Shown: in pieces, positions 51,751-61,545 of the stretch
Layout: every line of letters starts with the position of its first letter
Position numbering within the stretch: the first letter of the stretch is position 1
Assembly (NCBI GenBank): GCA_965207735.1
Contig: OZ242296.1
Coordinates: forward strand, 2,784,001 to 2,848,000
From: Candidatus Versatilivorator sp.
Lineage (GTDB): Bacteria; Acidobacteriota; Terriglobia; Versatilivoradales; Versatilivoraceae
Direction of reading: 5' to 3'
DNA length: 64,000 bases
Notes under the pieces: model-generated
The model's database searches: none
What the model was told of the DNA's origin: nothing
What the model saw: the letters and a program-made list of their open reading frames with translations, nothing else
Translations under genes and position numbers: made by a program

Positions 51751-52617
51751 ATGAACGTAGGACTGCTCTGTTCCATCCTTCGCAAGGAAGAAAAGCTGCT
51801 GCTGAGGGAGCTTCGCCGCCGTGGGGTGGCTCCGTTGATTGTCGACGACCGCGAGCTGATCTTTCGGCTGGATTCCAGGACTATGGACTTCGACGTGGTG
51901 CTGGAGAGAAGCGTCAACCACTCCCGGGCGCTCTACTCGCTGAAGGTTCTCAACGACTGGAAAATCCCGACGATCAACCGCTACCCGGTAGCCGAAACTT
52001 GCGGCAACAAGTTCCTGACCACCAGTGCGCTCACCCGGAATCGGATTCCCACCCCTCGAACCGCCATGGCCTTCACGCCCAAATCGGCTCTGCAGGCCAT
52101 CGAGGAATTGGGTTATCCGGTAGTGCTCAAGCCGGCGGTGGGGTCCTGGGGGCGGCTTCTCTCCAAGATCAACGATCGAGAGGCCGCCGAAGCCGTGCTG
52201 GAACACAAGGACGTCCTGGGTTCCTACCAACACTCCGTCTTTTACATCCAGGAGTACGTTCCCAAATCGGGCCGGGACATCCGGAGTTTCGTGGTGGGCG
52301 GCGAGACTATTTGCGCCATCTATCGCTATTCCTCCCACTGGATCACCAACACGGCCCGGGGCGGGCGAGCCGAGAATTGCCCGGTGACGCCGGAAATCGA
52401 CCGCCTGTCTCAGGCGGCCGCCCGAGCCGTTGGGGGAGGGGTCCTTGCCGTGGACCTTTTCGAGTCCGAGTCGGGGTTGCAGGTCAACGAAGTCAACTAC
52501 ACCATGGAGTTCAGGAATTCCATCCATACCACCGGCGTCGACATCCCGGCCAGAATCGTCGACTACGTTCTGAAGGTAGCTGCCGAGGGTCAGCCCGGAT
52601 CCGAGGGGAAGCCATGA
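51751..52617 (+). CDS. lysX: LysX/ArgX ATP-grasp ligase
   Basis: [44 protein letters not shown]. Confidence 0.92.
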   Translation: MNVGLLCSILRKEEKLLLRELRRRGVAPLIVDDRELIFRLDSRTMDFDVVLERSVNHSRALYSLKVLNDWKIPTINRYPVAETCGNKFLTTSALTRNRIPTPRTAMAFTPKSALQAIEELGYPVVLKPAVGSWGRLLSKINDREAAEAVLEHKDVLGSYQHSVFYIQEYVPKSGRDIRSFVVGGETICAIYRYSSHWITNTARGGRAENCPVTPEIDRLSQAAARAVGGGVLAVDLFESESGLQVNEVNYTMEFRNSIHTTGVDIPARIVDYVLKVAAEGQPGSEGKP

Positions 52618-53657
52618 TCTCGGTTTCCATCGTCGGGGGTTCCGGTTACACCGGTGGCGAGGTGTTGCGCCTTCTGCTGAGCCATCCGGAGGTGGAGCTG
52701 TGTCAGGTGACCTCGGAATCCAGGGTGGGCAAATTCGTCCATTCGGTGCACCCGAACCTTCGCAAGCGCTGCAAGCTGCAATTTGTGTCCAGCCAGGCCT
52801 TGAAGAAGGTGGACCTGCTCTTTCTCTGCCTGCCACACGGGACGGCCATGAATCGCATGGATGAGTTTCTCGATCTGGGCAGGCGGGTTGTCGATCTCTC
52901 CTCCGATTTTCGCTTGCGCTCACCGGCGGACTATGTGACTTGGTACCGGCATGAGCATTCCAGGCCGGAGCTGCTGGGCCAGGCGGTTTACGGCATCCCC
53001 GAGCTGCACCGGCAGGAGATTCGAGAGGCTGCTCTGGTGACCGGGGCGGGCTGCCTGGCGACCACCGCCATTCTGGGGCTCTTCCCCCTCTTCAAGGCGG
53101 GCCTGGTGGATTCGGAGGACATTTTCGTCGAGGCCAAGGTGGGCTCATCGGCGGCCGGCAACAAGTCCAGCCTGGCTACCCACCACCCGGAGCGCAGCGG
53201 TTCCCTCCGGTCCTTCCAGCCGACCCGCCATCGCCACACGGCCGAGGTCCAACAGGAGCTGGCTCTCGACGGGGCCGCGCCCCGGGTTCATTTGTCGGCC
53301 ACCTCCACCGATTCGGTGCGGGGAGTCCTGGCGACGTCGCAGATGCTGCTGGAGCGGTGTCCGGAGGAGAAGGTCCTCTGGAGGGCCTATCGGGAGGCCT
53401 ACCAGGCCGAGCCCTTTCTCAGAATCGTCAAGGAAAGATCCGGCATCTACCGCTACCCGGAACCCAAGATCCTGGCGGGATCCAACTACTGCGACGTCGG
53501 CTTTGAGCTGGACCCGGCGGAAGGACGCCTGGTGGTGCTTTCCGCCTTGGACAACCTGATGAAGGGGGCGGCGGGGAACGCGGTACAGGCCATGAACGCG
53601 ATGCATGGCTGGGAGGAGACCCTGGGGTTGGGCTTTCCCGGTTTGCATCCCGTATAA
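52614..53657 (+). CDS. lysY: LysW-aminoadipyl/glutamyl-phosphate reductase (LysY/ArgC)
   Basis: [38 protein letters not shown]. Confidence 0.9.
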   Translation: MISVSIVGGSGYTGGEVLRLLLSHPEVELCQVTSESRVGKFVHSVHPNLRKRCKLQFVSSQALKKVDLLFLCLPHGTAMNRMDEFLDLGRRVVDLSSDFRLRSPADYVTWYRHEHSRPELLGQAVYGIPELHRQEIREAALVTGAGCLATTAILGLFPLFKAGLVDSEDIFVEAKVGSSAAGNKSSLATHHPERSGSLRSFQPTRHRHTAEVQQELALDGAAPRVHLSATSTDSVRGVLATSQMLLERCPEEKVLWRAYREAYQAEPFLRIVKERSGIYRYPEPKILAGSNYCDVGFELDPAEGRLVVLSALDNLMKGAAGNAVQAMNAMHGWEETLGLGFPGLHPV

Positions 53658-53675
53658 TGAAGAGGGACAACCCAT

Positions 53676-54101
53676 TTGTGGAGCCCTCCGATGGCGATGG
53701 CAAAGTCCAGTTCACTCAGGTTGTTGGCGGCTACCGCCTTGGCGGCTTTGATTCTTGTTTCCCTGGCGCCGGCTCTGTCGAAGGACGAGCCCAAGGAGGC
53801 TCAGCTCTTTGCCCTGCTTAAGGGGAGCTGCTTCGATCAGAGAGGCTTCAGCCTGCCGGGAGTGGCCATCCAGGTGACCTTGCCGCCCGGCGAGAACGGC
53901 AAGAAGAAGAAGGAAAAACGCTGGCGGATGCAGTCCGACCGCCGGGGGGAATTTGCCGTGCGTCTTCCCGCCGGAGAGCAGACCGTGGTGGTGACCGCCA
54001 GCAAGACAGGTTACCTGAAGGCGGAGACGTCCGTTCAGTTCTACGCCGACGAGTTGCAGCATATCGTCATCCAGATGAAGCCGGTTGCCAAGCCGGAATA
54101 G
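53676..54101 (+). CDS. Exported carboxypeptidase-regulatory-like domain protein
   Basis: Signal peptide; LPGVAI...SDRRGEF...ASKTGY pattern. Confidence 0.7.
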   Translation: MWSPPMAMAKSSSLRLLAATALAALILVSLAPALSKDEPKEAQLFALLKGSCFDQRGFSLPGVAIQVTLPPGENGKKKKEKRWRMQSDRRGEFAVRLPAGEQTVVVTASKTGYLKAETSVQFYADELQHIVIQMKPVAKPE

Positions 54102-55272
54102 CCCGCGCCTCCGTGAAATGCGGGCAGAGGTTTCGATGCCGGCCCTTTCTGCCAAAAAAATGTTTCGCCGAATACTCCAACCGATCTCGGGCTTGTGGAC
54201 CATCCACGGGGTGGGGGCGGCGCCCGTTCTCTTGGCGCTGGCTTTGACCTGGGGAGTGTATCCGGGGGAGCCTCGGCTTCAGGCCGATGAGGAGGAGGTT
54301 CCGACCAAATCCATTCGGGGCCACGTGGCCCGGCCCGACGGAGAATCGCAGCCGGGGGCCAAGGTTTTCGTCAGAAACCCCAGGAACGAAACCACGACCA
54401 TACTGATCACGGATGAGAAGGGGCTCTTTGCCATTTACGGGTTGGACCCGTCGATGACCTACGAGGTCCATGCCGAGTACCAGCAGCTCAGCTCAAGAGT
54501 TCTGGCCATCAGCTCCATGCTCAAACGCTATGACAACGTCCTCAACTTCAAGCTGGCGGAAAGGGTGGTCGAGGACGAACCCGCGCCGGCCGCTGTGCAA
54601 AAAGAGAGCGTTGAGATCCCCGGCAAGGGAGGCTTGCGGTTTGCAGGCGATTGGTATCCGCCTCCGGACTCGGGCGAGGGGCGGTTCCCGGCGGTGGTGC
54701 TGTTGCACGGATCGGGTGAGAGCCGCGGCGTCTGGGATGCCTTCATCCGGGAGAAGTTTGCCGGAAGCAACGTCGGGGTGCTCAACCTCGATCTGACCGC
54801 CGGCGAAGAGGCTTCATCCGGGGGTGCGGGTGCTTCTCCGGAGGCCGAGCCCGATCGGATGGATGCCTTGCTGGAACTGATCGAGGCAACCTTTGCCTGG
54901 CTGGAGGCCCGGAAATCGATCGATCCCTATCTCATTGGCATGGTGGGCACCGGCCTGGGAGCCGACCTGGCCTTTCTGGCGTCCGGCAAGTACGAGAATG
55001 TGCGTGCTGCGGTGGTGGTTTCCGGCACCCTGGCCAATGTCCGCGGCGTGGCTGAGCGGGCTCCAGACTTCCAACCTCACTCCATCCTCTTCCTGGCAAC
55101 CCGGGGGGATGAGTCCTCCACCGCTTCCATTGCCGGATTGGAGCAGCAAACCGGATACCCCAGACTGACTCGCGTGTTTGAAGGCTCCAGCTCTCGGGGG
55201 TTCGAGGTGCTTGCGGAAATTCCGGAAGCCTCCGACCTGGTGATGGACTGGTTGGACAAGAGGCTGCGCTGA
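54085..55272 (+). CDS. Exported carboxypeptidase-regulatory-like domain fused to an alpha/beta-hydrolase fold
   Basis: PGAKV...TDEKGLFAIYGL; PAVVLLHG; IGMVGTGLGA; start uncertain. Confidence 0.7.
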   Translation: MPSRNSPRLREMRAEVSMPALSAKKMFRRILQPISGLWTIHGVGAAPVLLALALTWGVYPGEPRLQADEEEVPTKSIRGHVARPDGESQPGAKVFVRNPRNETTTILITDEKGLFAIYGLDPSMTYEVHAEYQQLSSRVLAISSMLKRYDNVLNFKLAERVVEDEPAPAAVQKESVEIPGKGGLRFAGDWYPPPDSGEGRFPAVVLLHGSGESRGVWDAFIREKFAGSNVGVLNLDLTAGEEASSGGAGASPEAEPDRMDALLELIEATFAWLEARKSIDPYLIGMVGTGLGADLAFLASGKYENVRAAVVVSGTLANVRGVAERAPDFQPHSILFLATRGDESSTASIAGLEQQTGYPRLTRVFEGSSSRGFEVLAEIPEASDLVMDWLDKRLR

Positions 55273-55377
55273 ACGCCGCCCGGGAATTCAGGCGGTAGCG
55301 GCCAGACTCGCCTCGCGTCCCCGATTGCGCCCAGCCGCTTCCCCACGCCAAGTCAAAATCAAGGAGATCGAGTTCTT

Positions 55378-56205
55378 ATGCTGGTGGTCAAGGTGGGAGG
55401 CAGCCTGGGCATCGACTACGACTCAGTGTGCCGCGACCTGGCTTCTCACATCCAGTCGGGTCGCCGGGCCATTCTGGTGCATGGCGGCTCGGCCGAAACC
55501 AATGCCCTTTCCGAAAAGCTGGGGAAGCCACCGCGCATGGTGACTTCGGTTTCGGGTTACGAGTCCCGCTATACCGATCGTGAGACCCTGACCATCTTCG
55601 AGATGGTCTATTGCGGCAAGATGAACAAGGGCATCGTGGAGCGGTTTCAGAAACTGGGGGTGAATGCCGTGGGGCTCTCCGGGATGGACGGCCGCATTTG
55701 GCAGGGCCGCCGCAAGTCGACTATCACCATCGTGGAGAATGGAAAGAGACGGGTGCTGCGCGACGACTACACCGGGCGCATCGAAAGGGTGAACCTGGAC
55801 CTGCTCAACCTCCTGCTGGATCACGGTTACACGCCGGTGCTGACGCCGCCGGCCGTAAGCCGCGAGGGGGAAGCCATCAACGTCGACGGCGATCGGGCCG
55901 TGGCCGTGCTTGGAGCGGCCCTGGGGGTGGACAAGCTGGTCATCCTTTCCAATATCCCGGGATTGTTGCGGGACCTGGAGGACGAGACCAGCCTGATCCG
56001 GGAGATCCCGGTGGAGGAGGCGGACGCTTTCATGGAATTCGCCCAAGGGCGCATGAAAAAGAAGTTGCTGGGAGCGGTCGAGGCAGTGCAGCAGGGAGTC
56101 CGGGAAGTCGTCTTCGGAGATGCCCGGCTGCCCGATCCCATCTCCCAGGCCCTCTCCGGAAAGGGCACCATCATTCGCCGGCGCGCTACGGATGGCGACC
56201 TATGA
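55378..56205 (+). CDS. lysZ: LysW-aminoadipate/glutamate kinase LysZ
   Basis: VVKVGGS, VHGGS, SRYTD, GLSGMDG, NVDGDR, MKKK. Confidence 0.92.
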   Translation: MLVVKVGGSLGIDYDSVCRDLASHIQSGRRAILVHGGSAETNALSEKLGKPPRMVTSVSGYESRYTDRETLTIFEMVYCGKMNKGIVERFQKLGVNAVGLSGMDGRIWQGRRKSTITIVENGKRRVLRDDYTGRIERVNLDLLNLLLDHGYTPVLTPPAVSREGEAINVDGDRAVAVLGAALGVDKLVILSNIPGLLRDLEDETSLIREIPVEEADAFMEFAQGRMKKKLLGAVEAVQQGVREVVFGDARLPDPISQALSGKGTIIRRRATDGDL

Positions 56206-56395
56206 CCTACCTCTGACGATCCTCCGCCGCATCAAGCTTGGCTGCCGAACGAGATCGAGTTGGCGGCACTGACCGCCAGCTTGGTGTTGGCCCCCCACCG
56301 CATCTGCCTTCGCCATTCGGCTCGGCAGTAACTCGGTGAGAGGTGCGGGCTGACACTCAGCGGGCATCCGAATGCTCCGCCTTGGGTCTGTTCAC

Positions 56396-56788
56396 TTATC
56401 GGGTCCTGGACCCCGAGACCGCGCGGAGAGCGTGATCGAAGGTCTTGATCCGGCTTACGCCGCGCCTGCGGCAGCTCGCAAGGTGGCAGAGGTCCCGGGG
56501 GCTCAGGCCGGAAAACTGTTCATGGAGTTGTCGGGCCAGGGTGACGTCCTCTTCTTCCAACGGCCACACTTCCATCCGAGACCCGCGGATCAGCGCCATG
56601 GCCGCGTCGAGTGTTTCGATTCTCGCAACCGGGAGATAGGCGTGCACCAACTCTTGTAAGACCTCCGCGGAGGTACACAGCGGAGTACTGTTCCGGTTGG
56701 CCTGGACGAAGAACTCCTGAGCCGGGTTTCGAAGTGGATGGGGCCGTCCGACCGCATACATGAAGAGGTTGGTGTCGACAAAGATCAT
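56396..56788 (-). CDS. VapC/PIN toxin
   Basis: IFVDTNLFMYAVGRPHP, EVLQE, RDLCHLA, TFD. Confidence 0.88.
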   Translation of the reverse strand: MIFVDTNLFMYAVGRPHPLRNPAQEFFVQANRNSTPLCTSAEVLQELVHAYLPVARIETLDAAMALIRGSRMEVWPLEEEDVTLARQLHEQFSGLSPRDLCHLASCRRRGVSRIKTFDHALRAVSGSRTR

Positions 56789-57069
56789 GTATCGGATGCA
56801 CCCCTTCTATGCGATTGATTGATCAGGTCCAGGTGCTGGTCCCAATCCGGTTCCGTCTCAGGGCCCTCCAGACTGTCGCAGGCTCGGAAAAATTCTTCCA
56901 GATCCTCCGGGGATTGGAAGGGCTTGGCGTGTTGTCGTTCCTGCAGGCGCTCGCGAGCGGCAGCCCTCAACCAGGCGCTCAACGTCATGCCTTCCCTTCG
57001 GGCCTGGTGCACAAAACGGTCGCGATCTTCATCGGGGATCACGAGTTGAACTCTGGCCATGACGATCAC
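56785..57069 (-). CDS. RHH-type antitoxin
   Basis: RVQLVIPDE...AR.EGMTLSAWLR; ATGA overlap with vapC. Confidence 0.75.
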   Translation of the reverse strand: MIVMARVQLVIPDEDRDRFVHQARREGMTLSAWLRAAARERLQERQHAKPFQSPEDLEEFFRACDSLEGPETEPDWDQHLDLINQSHRRGASDT

Positions 57070-57232
57070 CTGTATCTTCTGTAAGGGTATGTATAAATAT
57101 TACACATGATTGCTTCAGCAATCAACTTCCCCAAGTTTCTCCCGGAGCATGACTATGCCCCAGCCACATAGTGATGCTACCATGAGAGGGTAAGGTATGA
57201 TGTACATGTTTATGGACATTACAGGTGGATCG

Positions 57233-57514
57233 ATGACTGACAAGCATTCTATCGCCGAGGCCCGCCGCAATCTACCGAAACTCGTTCGCGCAGTAGAACA
57301 TGGAACGGAGGTGGAGTTGACGCGGCGCGGCAAACCCGTCGCGGTGTTAGTCGGCTGCAAGCGCTTCGAGCGACTGGTTTCGAGCCGCCGTAGTTTCGTC
57401 ACGGCGTATCAGGTCTTTAGGAATGAGAGCGACCTCACGGAGCTTGCACTTGACCCTGACAAACTGTTTGCGAGGCAACGCGAGAAAACCCCGGGACGCG
57501 ACGTCCGGTTGTGA
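57233..57514 (+). CDS. Phd/YefM-family antitoxin
   Basis: SIAEARRNLPKLVR...VELTRRGKPVAVLV. Confidence 0.88.
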   Translation: MTDKHSIAEARRNLPKLVRAVEHGTEVELTRRGKPVAVLVGCKRFERLVSSRRSFVTAYQVFRNESDLTELALDPDKLFARQREKTPGRDVRL

Positions 57515-57517
57515 ACT

Positions 57518-57928
57518 GTGAAATACCTGCTCGATACCAACATCATCTCGGAGCCTCTCAGGCCGAAGCCGTCCAACAGCGTCATGCGGCAGATACGTCG
57601 GAATGAGGACGACATTGCGATTCCGGCGCCCGTCTGGCACGAGCTTCGGTTCGGCTGCGCCCGACTGGGCCCGTCACGACAACGGGAAGCAATCGAGCGC
57701 TATATTGAGGATGTGGTGCTGGCGAGCTTTCCAGTGCTGGAGTATGACCAGCGAGCCGCTGACTGGCATGCGATCGAGCGCGCGCGACTGAGTGCAGCGG
57801 GCAAGACCCCGCCGTTTGTTGACGGGCAGATTGCCGCGGTCGCTTTCGTCCATAACTTGACGTTGGTTACGTTGAATGTAAGCGACTTCAAGCAGTTCAA
57901 GGGACTACGAATTCGAAGTTGGGCGTAA
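57518..57928 (+). CDS. VapC/PIN toxin
   Basis: YLLDTNIISE, ELRFG, DGQIAAVA, LVTLNVSDF. Confidence 0.9.
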   Translation: MKYLLDTNIISEPLRPKPSNSVMRQIRRNEDDIAIPAPVWHELRFGCARLGPSRQREAIERYIEDVVLASFPVLEYDQRAADWHAIERARLSAAGKTPPFVDGQIAAVAFVHNLTLVTLNVSDFKQFKGLRIRSWA

Positions 57929-58185
57929 GCCCAGTCCAAAACCCGTTGAATAGAGCGTCTCCCAGTTTCTCCCCGTCAGCCATCAACTTCCCGTTGCCGC
58001 CCGACCGGGCGCGGGAATAGAATGAGAGGGTCAAGCAGGGACCTCTATTCGGGTTCGTCCTGCTTGAAGCGCCGGTGTGGCCGATTGGCCGGTGGGGCCG
58101 GTGAGTTGGGCGCCTTGCCGGAACGCAGCCACCGGAGCCGGCAGCGGGTCCACTGGAACGGAATTGCAACAACGGTTTTTCTGCC

Positions 58186-61100
58186 ATGAAGTCTGAATCA
58201 CTGAAGTCAAGACTGATTGCAGGCGGGGCCCTGGTGCTCTGTTTGGCCCGGGCGGGAGTCGCCTCCGAGCAGTTCCCGGCCGAGGCCCTCGAGTTTTTCG
58301 AGAAGAGGGTGCGTCCAGTCCTGGCCTCCCATTGCTACGACTGCCACGGTCCTCAACTGCAGCAGGGAGAGCTGCGGCTGGACTCGCGGGAGGGGGTCCT
58401 CAAGGGTGGAACCCGAGGGGCCGCGGTGGTGGAGGGCGAAGCGGAGTCGAGCTGGTTGATCAAGGCGGTTCGCCACCAGGAGCTGGAGATGCCCCCGGCC
58501 GGCCGCCTCTCGCCCGAGCAGATCGGTGATCTCGAGCGCTGGGTCGCCATGGGCGCTCCCTGGCCCGAGCCTGCAGCCGAGCCGGGCGGGTCGGAGGGAG
58601 TGGATGAGTTCTATGCGGCAATGCTGCGGGAGCACTGGTCCTATCAACCCTTGACCGAACCTGGGGTGCCGGGAAACGGTGCGCGGCCATCGGGGCATCC
58701 GGTGGACCGGTTCATTCGGGAAGAATTGGAGCGCCGGGGACTGAAGCCGGCTCCACCGGGTGACCGGAGGACCATGGCCCGAAGGCTCAGCCTGGTGTTG
58801 ACCGGGCTGCCACCCCAAACCGAAGAAGTCGACCGGTTTGTGCAGGATCCTTCCCCGGACGCCTACGAAAGGCTGGTGGACCGTCTTTTCTCTTCTCCCC
58901 ACCTGGGAGAACGGTGGGCGCGGCACTGGATGGACCTGGTGAGGTTCGGGGAGACCTACGGCTACGAGTGGAACTACGAGCTGCTGGCTGCCTGGCGCTA
59001 CCGGGACTACTTGATCCGGGCCTTCAACCAGGACCTGCCCTTCGACCAGTTGGTCCGGGAACACGTGGCCGGCGATCTGTTGGAACAACCCCGGGTCGAC
59101 CACCGGTTGGGACTGAATGAGTCGCTGGCCGGGGCGGCTTTCTTCCGCCTGGGCGAGATGGGTCACGACAACTGCGTGACCTTCCGGGAAATCCGCACCG
59201 ATGTGGTCGACAACCAGATCGACACGCTCACCAAGGCTTTTCAAGGTTTGACGGTGGCCTGTGCCCGCTGCCACGACCACAAGCTGGATCCTGTTCCCAC
59301 CGAAGACTATTACGCCCTCTACGGCATCCTGAACAGCTCGCGCCAGCTTTCACGGACGCTGGACATCGGGGACTCCAAGCAGAGGATCAAGGCGGGTCTC
59401 AGCAAGCTTAAGTCTTCGATCCGCAAGGAACTGGAAGGGCTTTGGACTCGCCGGTCCGAACAGATACCCGACTACCTGCTGGCGGTCCAGGCAGCCCAGG
59501 CCGTCGGAGTCCCGGCCGCGGCCCAAGCCGCCGGTCTCGATCCCGAACGGCTGGAGCGATGGCGCCAGGTCCTGCTCAAGCAGAGCGCGGACCCCGAGGG
59601 GATTCTCTACCCCTGGGCAGCCATCGCCTGTGAGGTCGGGTTGTCTCCCGGACAGTTTTCCCGAGCCTGGTCGAAGATGGAGTCCTACTACAAGCGTGAG
59701 ATGGCGGAGCGCAAGGAATTCAACCGCACTCACTTCCTGAGCTTCGGCGATTTCCGTTCCGGTAGTCCGGACGGCTGGCGCCCCGAGGGCCTCGGCCTCA
59801 AAAGAGGGGCGGCGACCGATGGAACCTTGACCCTCGGCACCGAGGGCTCACGAGTTGTTTCGGGGGTCCTTTCCGCCGGTCTCTACAGCCACGTCCTCTC
59901 GGAACGACTCAATGGCGCCCTGCGTTCGCCCTATCTGCCCAAGGACAAGAAATTCGTGAGCCTGCGGCTCATGGGAGGCAAGCTGGCCTCCCGCCGGACC
60001 ATTGTGGATCACTGCATCCTCGGCGACGACTACAAGCCGCTGGAGAGCGATCGCCTGTCCTGGTACCGGATACCCATCAAGCACCGCGACACCACCTTCC
60101 CGGTCTATATCGAACTGGTCACCAAGGACGGGAACCCTCGCATACCCGAGCGCCCCCGACATCTGAAGGGCTACACGGAGGAAGACTTCGCGAGGCCCGG
60201 ATCCTATTTCGGTATTTCTCAGGCGGTGCTGCACGACATCGAGGAGCTGCCGCGGGAGGAACTGGATTACCTGGCTCCGCTGTTCCAGGAGTCTCCGCCG
60301 CGGAGCGCGGAGCAGTTGGCCGGTCGGTATAAGGCAGCCTTCAAACGGGCTCTGACCGCATGGGCCAAGGGCAAGGCGGGGTTGTCGGAGGTGCGCTGGA
60401 TCAATTGGCTGATCGGCAATGACCTGCTGGAAAACCGCAAGGACCTGAGCCCCCGGCTCAACCGATTGGTTTCAGCCTACCGCAACCTGGAATCCCGGCT
60501 GTCGAAACCGCGGATCATCAGCTCGATGGGCGACGTCGATCCCGGATTCGATGCCCCCCTACTGGAAAAGGGAGACGCCAAACGTCCCGGCGATCCGGTT
60601 CCCCGCGGCTATCTGACCATGTTGAAAGCCTCCGGTTCGGCCTTCAAGACCTCGGGCAGCGGACGCCGGGAACTGGCCGAGATCATCGCCTCGGCCGACA
60701 ATCCGCTGACGGCCCGAGTGATGGCGAACCGTCTCTGGCACCACGTTTTCGGCCGCGGCATCGTGACCACGGTGGATGACTTCGGCCGCTTTGGAGACAA
60801 GCCCACCCATCCCGAACTGCTCGACTACCTGGCCAGCCGATTCGTCAAGGAAGGATGGTCGGTCAAGCGAATGCTGCGCCTGCTGGTTCTCTCGGAGACC
60901 TTTCGCCAGTCCAGCCGGCCGTCGTCCCAGGCCACCAAGGTCGATCCCGATAACCGGAGCCTCCACCACTATCCGCTGCGGCGGTTGGAAGCCGAGGTCA
61001 TTCGGGACACCATTCTGACAGCCTCGGGGCGGTTGGAGCCCAGGCTTTACGGCCCCAGCGTCCAGCCCTTTCGAGACGACCCCAAGGACTATCGCAAGCT

Positions 61101-61536
61101 GCTGTCCGGGCCCCTGGACGGAAACGGCCGGCGCAGCCTCTATCTGAAGGTGACCCGCATGGAGAGTCCGCCCTTTCTGGAGCTCTTCGACTTTCCGGCG
61201 CCCTCGGCTACACGAGGCCGGAGAGACCGCACCAACGTGCCTTCCCAGGCCTTGGCGCTGCTCAATGACGCCTTTGTGGTCGAGCAAGCCGGCTATTGGG
61301 CGGAGCGGCTGCTGGCTGAAGGAGACGATACGGTGGAAGCACGCCTGGGACGAATGTTCCGCCGGGCGTTGGGCCGTTCGCCGGACTCGGCCGAGATGGG
61401 GCGATTCAGGGAGGCGGTCTCGCGCTTGTCGGTCTTGCACGGCGTCTCTCAAGAGAATATACTGACCGAAAAAAAAGTGTGGAAAGACGTGGCTCACGCC
61501 ATGTTCAATCTCAAAGAGCTCATCTATCTGTTCTGA
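58186..61536 (+). CDS. Planctomycete-type cytochrome c protein with DUF1549/DUF1553 (PSCyt/PSD1) domains
   Basis: FFEKRVRPVL..CYDCH, GERWARHWMD, CARCHDHK, NPLTARVMANRLW, PTHPELLDYLA. Confidence 0.92.
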   Translation: MKSESLKSRLIAGGALVLCLARAGVASEQFPAEALEFFEKRVRPVLASHCYDCHGPQLQQGELRLDSREGVLKGGTRGAAVVEGEAESSWLIKAVRHQELEMPPAGRLSPEQIGDLERWVAMGAPWPEPAAEPGGSEGVDEFYAAMLREHWSYQPLTEPGVPGNGARPSGHPVDRFIREELERRGLKPAPPGDRRTMARRLSLVLTGLPPQTEEVDRFVQDPSPDAYERLVDRLFSSPHLGERWARHWMDLVRFGETYGYEWNYELLAAWRYRDYLIRAFNQDLPFDQLVREHVAGDLLEQPRVDHRLGLNESLAGAAFFRLGEMGHDNCVTFREIRTDVVDNQIDTLTKAFQGLTVACARCHDHKLDPVPTEDYYALYGILNSSRQLSRTLDIGDSKQRIKAGLSKLKSSIRKELEGLWTRRSEQIPDYLLAVQAAQAVGVPAAAQAAGLDPERLERWRQVLLKQSADPEGILYPWAAIACEVGLSPGQFSRAWSKMESYYKREMAERKEFNRTHFLSFGDFRSGSPDGWRPEGLGLKRGAATDGTLTLGTEGSRVVSGVLSAGLYSHVLSERLNGALRSPYLPKDKKFVSLRLMGGKLASRRTIVDHCILGDDYKPLESDRLSWYRIPIKHRDTTFPVYIELVTKDGNPRIPERPRHLKGYTEEDFARPGSYFGISQAVLHDIEELPREELDYLAPLFQESPPRSAEQLAGRYKAAFKRALTAWAKGKAGLSEVRWINWLIGNDLLENRKDLSPRLNRLVSAYRNLESRLSKPRIISSMGDVDPGFDAPLLEKGDAKRPGDPVPRGYLTMLKASGSAFKTSGSGRRELAEIIASADNPLTARVMANRLWHHVFGRGIVTTVDDFGRFGDKPTHPELLDYLASRFVKEGWSVKRMLRLLVLSETFRQSSRPSSQATKVDPDNRSLHHYPLRRLEAEVIRDTILTASGRLEPRLYGPSVQPFRDDPKDYRKLLSGPLDGNGRRSLYLKVTRMESPPFLELFDFPAPSATRGRRDRTNVPSQALALLNDAFVVEQAGYWAERLLAEGDDTVEARLGRMFRRALGRSPDSAEMGRFREAVSRLSVLHGVSQENILTEKKVWKDVAHAMFNLKELIYLF

Positions 61537-61545
61537 GGCCCGACC

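Noticed and set aside
51741-52613. 638-aa LysX-LysY fusion or extended LysY
   Set aside because: The extension is an alternative frame over lysX; lysY starts at ATG 52614, overlapping the lysX stop.
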